Assembly: GCF_020745735.1 (NCBI RefSeq)
Contig: NC_083422.1
Location: 21,080,001-21,144,000, forward strand
Direction: 5' to 3'
From: Hemiscyllium ocellatum
Taxonomy: Eukaryota
DNA length: 64,000 bases
The notes under the pieces are model-generated. The model saw nothing but the letters and a program-made list of their open reading frames with translations, did no database searches and was not told the DNA's origin. Shown here one piece after another: positions 60,960 through 64,000 of the stretch. The translations under genes were made by a program, and so were the position numbers. The first letter of the stretch is position 1; each line of letters opens with the position of its first letter.

Positions 60960-62830
60960 CACAATAACATAGGAATTAGAAACAGGAATAGGACAGTCAG
61001 CCCCTCGAGTCTGCAGTGCTATTCAGAAATATCACGGCTAATCAGGTTACTCCATATTCTTGTCTGCTGTCCCACTTTCCTATAATCTTTCACCTCTTTG
61101 CTCATCAAAAACTTACCTATTTCTTCCTTAAAAATATTCAAAAACTCTTCTTTCACAATCTTTTGAACGACAGAGTTCCAAAGATTCATAACCCTTTGTG
61201 AGGAAAAAAAACTTCCTTTCTCCTGTCTTAAATGATAACCCCTTAATTTGTATACAGTGACCTTTGGTTCTAGGGTCTCATGCCAGGGGACACATGCTCT
61301 TCATAGCCACCCTGTAATGGTCCCTCAGATTGTTATACAAGTCAATCAAGTCACCTTAAACTCCAATGCATACAAACCTAGCCTGCCTGATCTTTTTTCT
61401 CAGAAGGCAACCTGCCCATTTCAGATATTAGTCAATTAAACTTTCATTTCCAATGTATTTGCATCCTCCCTTAAATAAAGAGATGGATAAAGAGACAGAT
61501 GCTGTATATAAAAATCCTGACATGGTGCACCAATGCCCTTTAGTTATGTTACATTTCTCATATACTTTAGTAATCAATTCCCCTTGCAATAAATGAGAAC
61601 ATTCTGTTAGCTTTCCTAATTACTTGCCCAACCTCCAGACCAACCTTTTGCAGTTCATGCATTAGGATCTTTTGATCCTTAAGTTTCTCTGAGCTGTGGA
61701 ATCTCTCACCATTTTGATAACCCACTTCTTCTTCCCAAAGTGGAAAATTTCACATTTTTCTATTATACTTCTTTTGGCAGACCTTTGCCACTAATTTGAA
61801 CTATTTATGTGCTTCGTGACCTCCTCTTGACAACTTACTTTTTTATCCATGTTTGTATCTTCAGAAAATTTTGCAACCATACCTTTGGCACCTTTTATCC
61901 AAGTCATATTTATTTAAACAATAAAATGTTGAGGATATTGAAGATATAAAAGTTAAGTTCAGAAGAAGAGATCATACTGGATTTGAAATGTCAACTCTGT
62001 TTCTTTTTCCTTAGATCTGCCAGACTTGTTGATTTGTTCCAGCATTCTCTGTTTTAACTGAGGACCCAGCACTGATTCCTGTAGCACACAACTTGTTAAA
62101 TCTTGCCAACCAGAAAATGACCCATTTATGGCTATTCTTTGGATCATGTTAACTAGCCAATCATCTATTCATGCCAATATGTTATTCCTATATGTTGACC
62201 TTTTTATTTCCAGCAAGAACCACCTTATCAAATGGTCTGAGTATCAAGATATAGTATAAAAACACATTTTTCTTTCTCATGTATTGCTTCCAGAAAAACT
62301 CCAATAAATCTGTTAAACATGAAATCCCTTTTGCAGAACAATGTTGACTCTGCCTGATCACCTTAAACTTTTCAAAATGCCCTGCTCTAATGCCTTTTAG
62401 TAAAAGCTTTTAACATTTTCCCTTTGACAGGTGATAAGCTAACTAGCCTGTCATTTTCTACTTTCTGTCTCTCTCTCCTTTCTTGAATGACAGTGTTATA
62501 CTATTTTCGAATGCAAAGGCACCTTCTGCAAATGAAAGGAAATTTTAAAAAATTAAAACTTACACATCAACTTTCTCACTTGTCACTAGATTTTATGATA
62601 AAATCTATCAGGACTTGTGGATTTGTCAGCCCACAACACTAATTTTTACAATTAGTGAGTACCCATCAACTGCTGATTGTAATTCTATTGCGTTCACCCC
62701 CTCCTTCCATTTCTTGAATTGGAGCTTTTTTGGGGGTGTTATTTACATCCTGTATCATGAAGTAAAATATCTTTTCAATTCATCTGCTATCTCCTTCCCC
62801 TTTTTAATCTCCTAGGCTTGCATACTGTGG
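60960..62830 (-). mobile_element. Old CR1 LINE (family 3), long decayed fragment
   Basis: ACATAGGAATTAGAAACAGGAATAGG tail; frame QRIAINGSFSGWQDLTSCVLQESVLGPQ at 61959-62147. Confidence 0.75.
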
Positions 62831-63439
62831 GACCAATGCTCACTTGTTAACATTTCTTCTTTAAGTATATATCGAAATTCTTAATATCCATTGTTATATT
62901 TCTAGTTGTTATTCTCTAGTACTCTGTTTCTCTCCTTATTAATCTTTTACTCAATCTTTGCTTTCAGTTTTTATATTCTGCCCAATCTCTGACCTGTCAA
63001 CTATCTTTGCACAATTATGTTTGTCTTCAAGTCTGATCTTATCCTTTGTTTTTCTTTTAGTTAACCGCGATGGAGTATCCACACTTAGATGTTTTATTTC
63101 TTGTTGGAATATACCTATTCTGTGCAATCTGGAATATCCCTTAAGTTTCTGTTTGCTTCTCTACAGATTATCCCTAAATCCAAATTGTCAGTTCATGTTA
63201 GCTACCTTTCATGCCTTCATAATTGCCTCAAATACTAATCTTGGACCTTTCCTTTTCGCCTCCAATCTGAGTGTAAAATTCCATCCTATTATCAATGCTG
63301 CTGCTGTGCACTACCTTCACTAAAGTCATAAATTCATCCTATCTCATTGAGCAATACCAGGTCTAATATAATTTACTTCCTTATTGGCTCTGTTGTTAAA
63401 TCTGTTATTTTTGTATCCACTGTGCTAAGTAACTGATTG

Positions 63440-64000
63440 TATTTACATCTAACACTCTTGGAGTATTGTGTTCAGTTTTGGTCACCTTGCTACAGGAAGG
63501 ATGTTATTAAACTGGGAAGAGTGCAGAAGAAATTTACAAGAATGTTGCCAGGACTCGATGGTCTGAGTTATAAGGAGAAGTTTGATAATCTAGGACTCCT
63601 TTCTAAAGAGCGTAGGAGACTGAGGGGGGATCTTTTGAAGCTAATAAGATCATGACAGGCCTGGATAGGGTGAATGTACTCAGTCATTTTCCCAGGGTTG
63701 GGGAGTCGAGGACTAGAGGACATCAGTTTAAGGTTAGAGGGGAAAGAATTAAAGGGAACCTAAGAGGCATCGTTTTACACAGTGGGTAGTAAGCACATGG
63801 AATGAGCTGCCAGTAGAAGTAATTGAGGTGGGTACATTGACAACATTTAAAAGGCATTTGGACAAATACATGGGTAGAATAGGGTTTAGAAGGATATGGA
63901 CCAAGTGCAAGGAAATAGGGTTAGTGTGGATGGACATTTTGGTCAGCTTGAACTGGATTGGTGTGAAGGGCCAGTCTCCGTGCTGAGGACTCTATGACTG
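63440..64000 (+). mobile_element. CR1 LINE 3' end
   Basis: Reads LEYCVQFWSPCYRKDVIKLGRVQKKFTRMLPGL...RRLRGDL; tail GGACTCTATGACT at the window end. Confidence 0.9.

Noticed and set aside
1-64000. CRISPR arrays, operons or other prokaryotic systems
   Set aside because: None seen. The recurring short repeats are dispersed eukaryotic retroelement ends with TSDs, not repeat-spacer arrays.

Overview
This is eukaryotic, CpG-depleted, repeat-dense genomic DNA, most likely from an elasmobranch (shark). That assignment is inferred from HE1/V-SINE-like SINEs and abundant CR1 LINEs. No host protein-coding gene can be recognised with confidence; the window looks intronic or intergenic, and nearly every ORF in the track is a fragment or antisense frame of a transposon. 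It contains a decayed Gypsy LTR retrotransposon (1-7836) interrupted by a fold-back Penelope fragment and a near full-length CR1. It also holds many CR1/RTE LINE fragments, tRNA-derived SINEs, a Tigger-like MITE, and two decayed Harbinger-type Myb/SANT genes, one retaining phase-matched GT/AG intron boundaries. The main signal is a set of Penelope-like elements (PLEs): one 2.7-kb RT + GIY-YIG copy with inverted ends and a 14-bp TSD, and about 15 short derivatives, many of them fold-back hairpins with 9-15 bp TSDs. These carry three sequence families of minimal type I hammerhead ribozyme motifs with covarying stems and a self-complementary stem III (ACGU or AGCU), and several copies are intact. 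Boundaries of old repeats are approximate (tens of bp); TSD and ribozyme coordinates were counted from the sequence.
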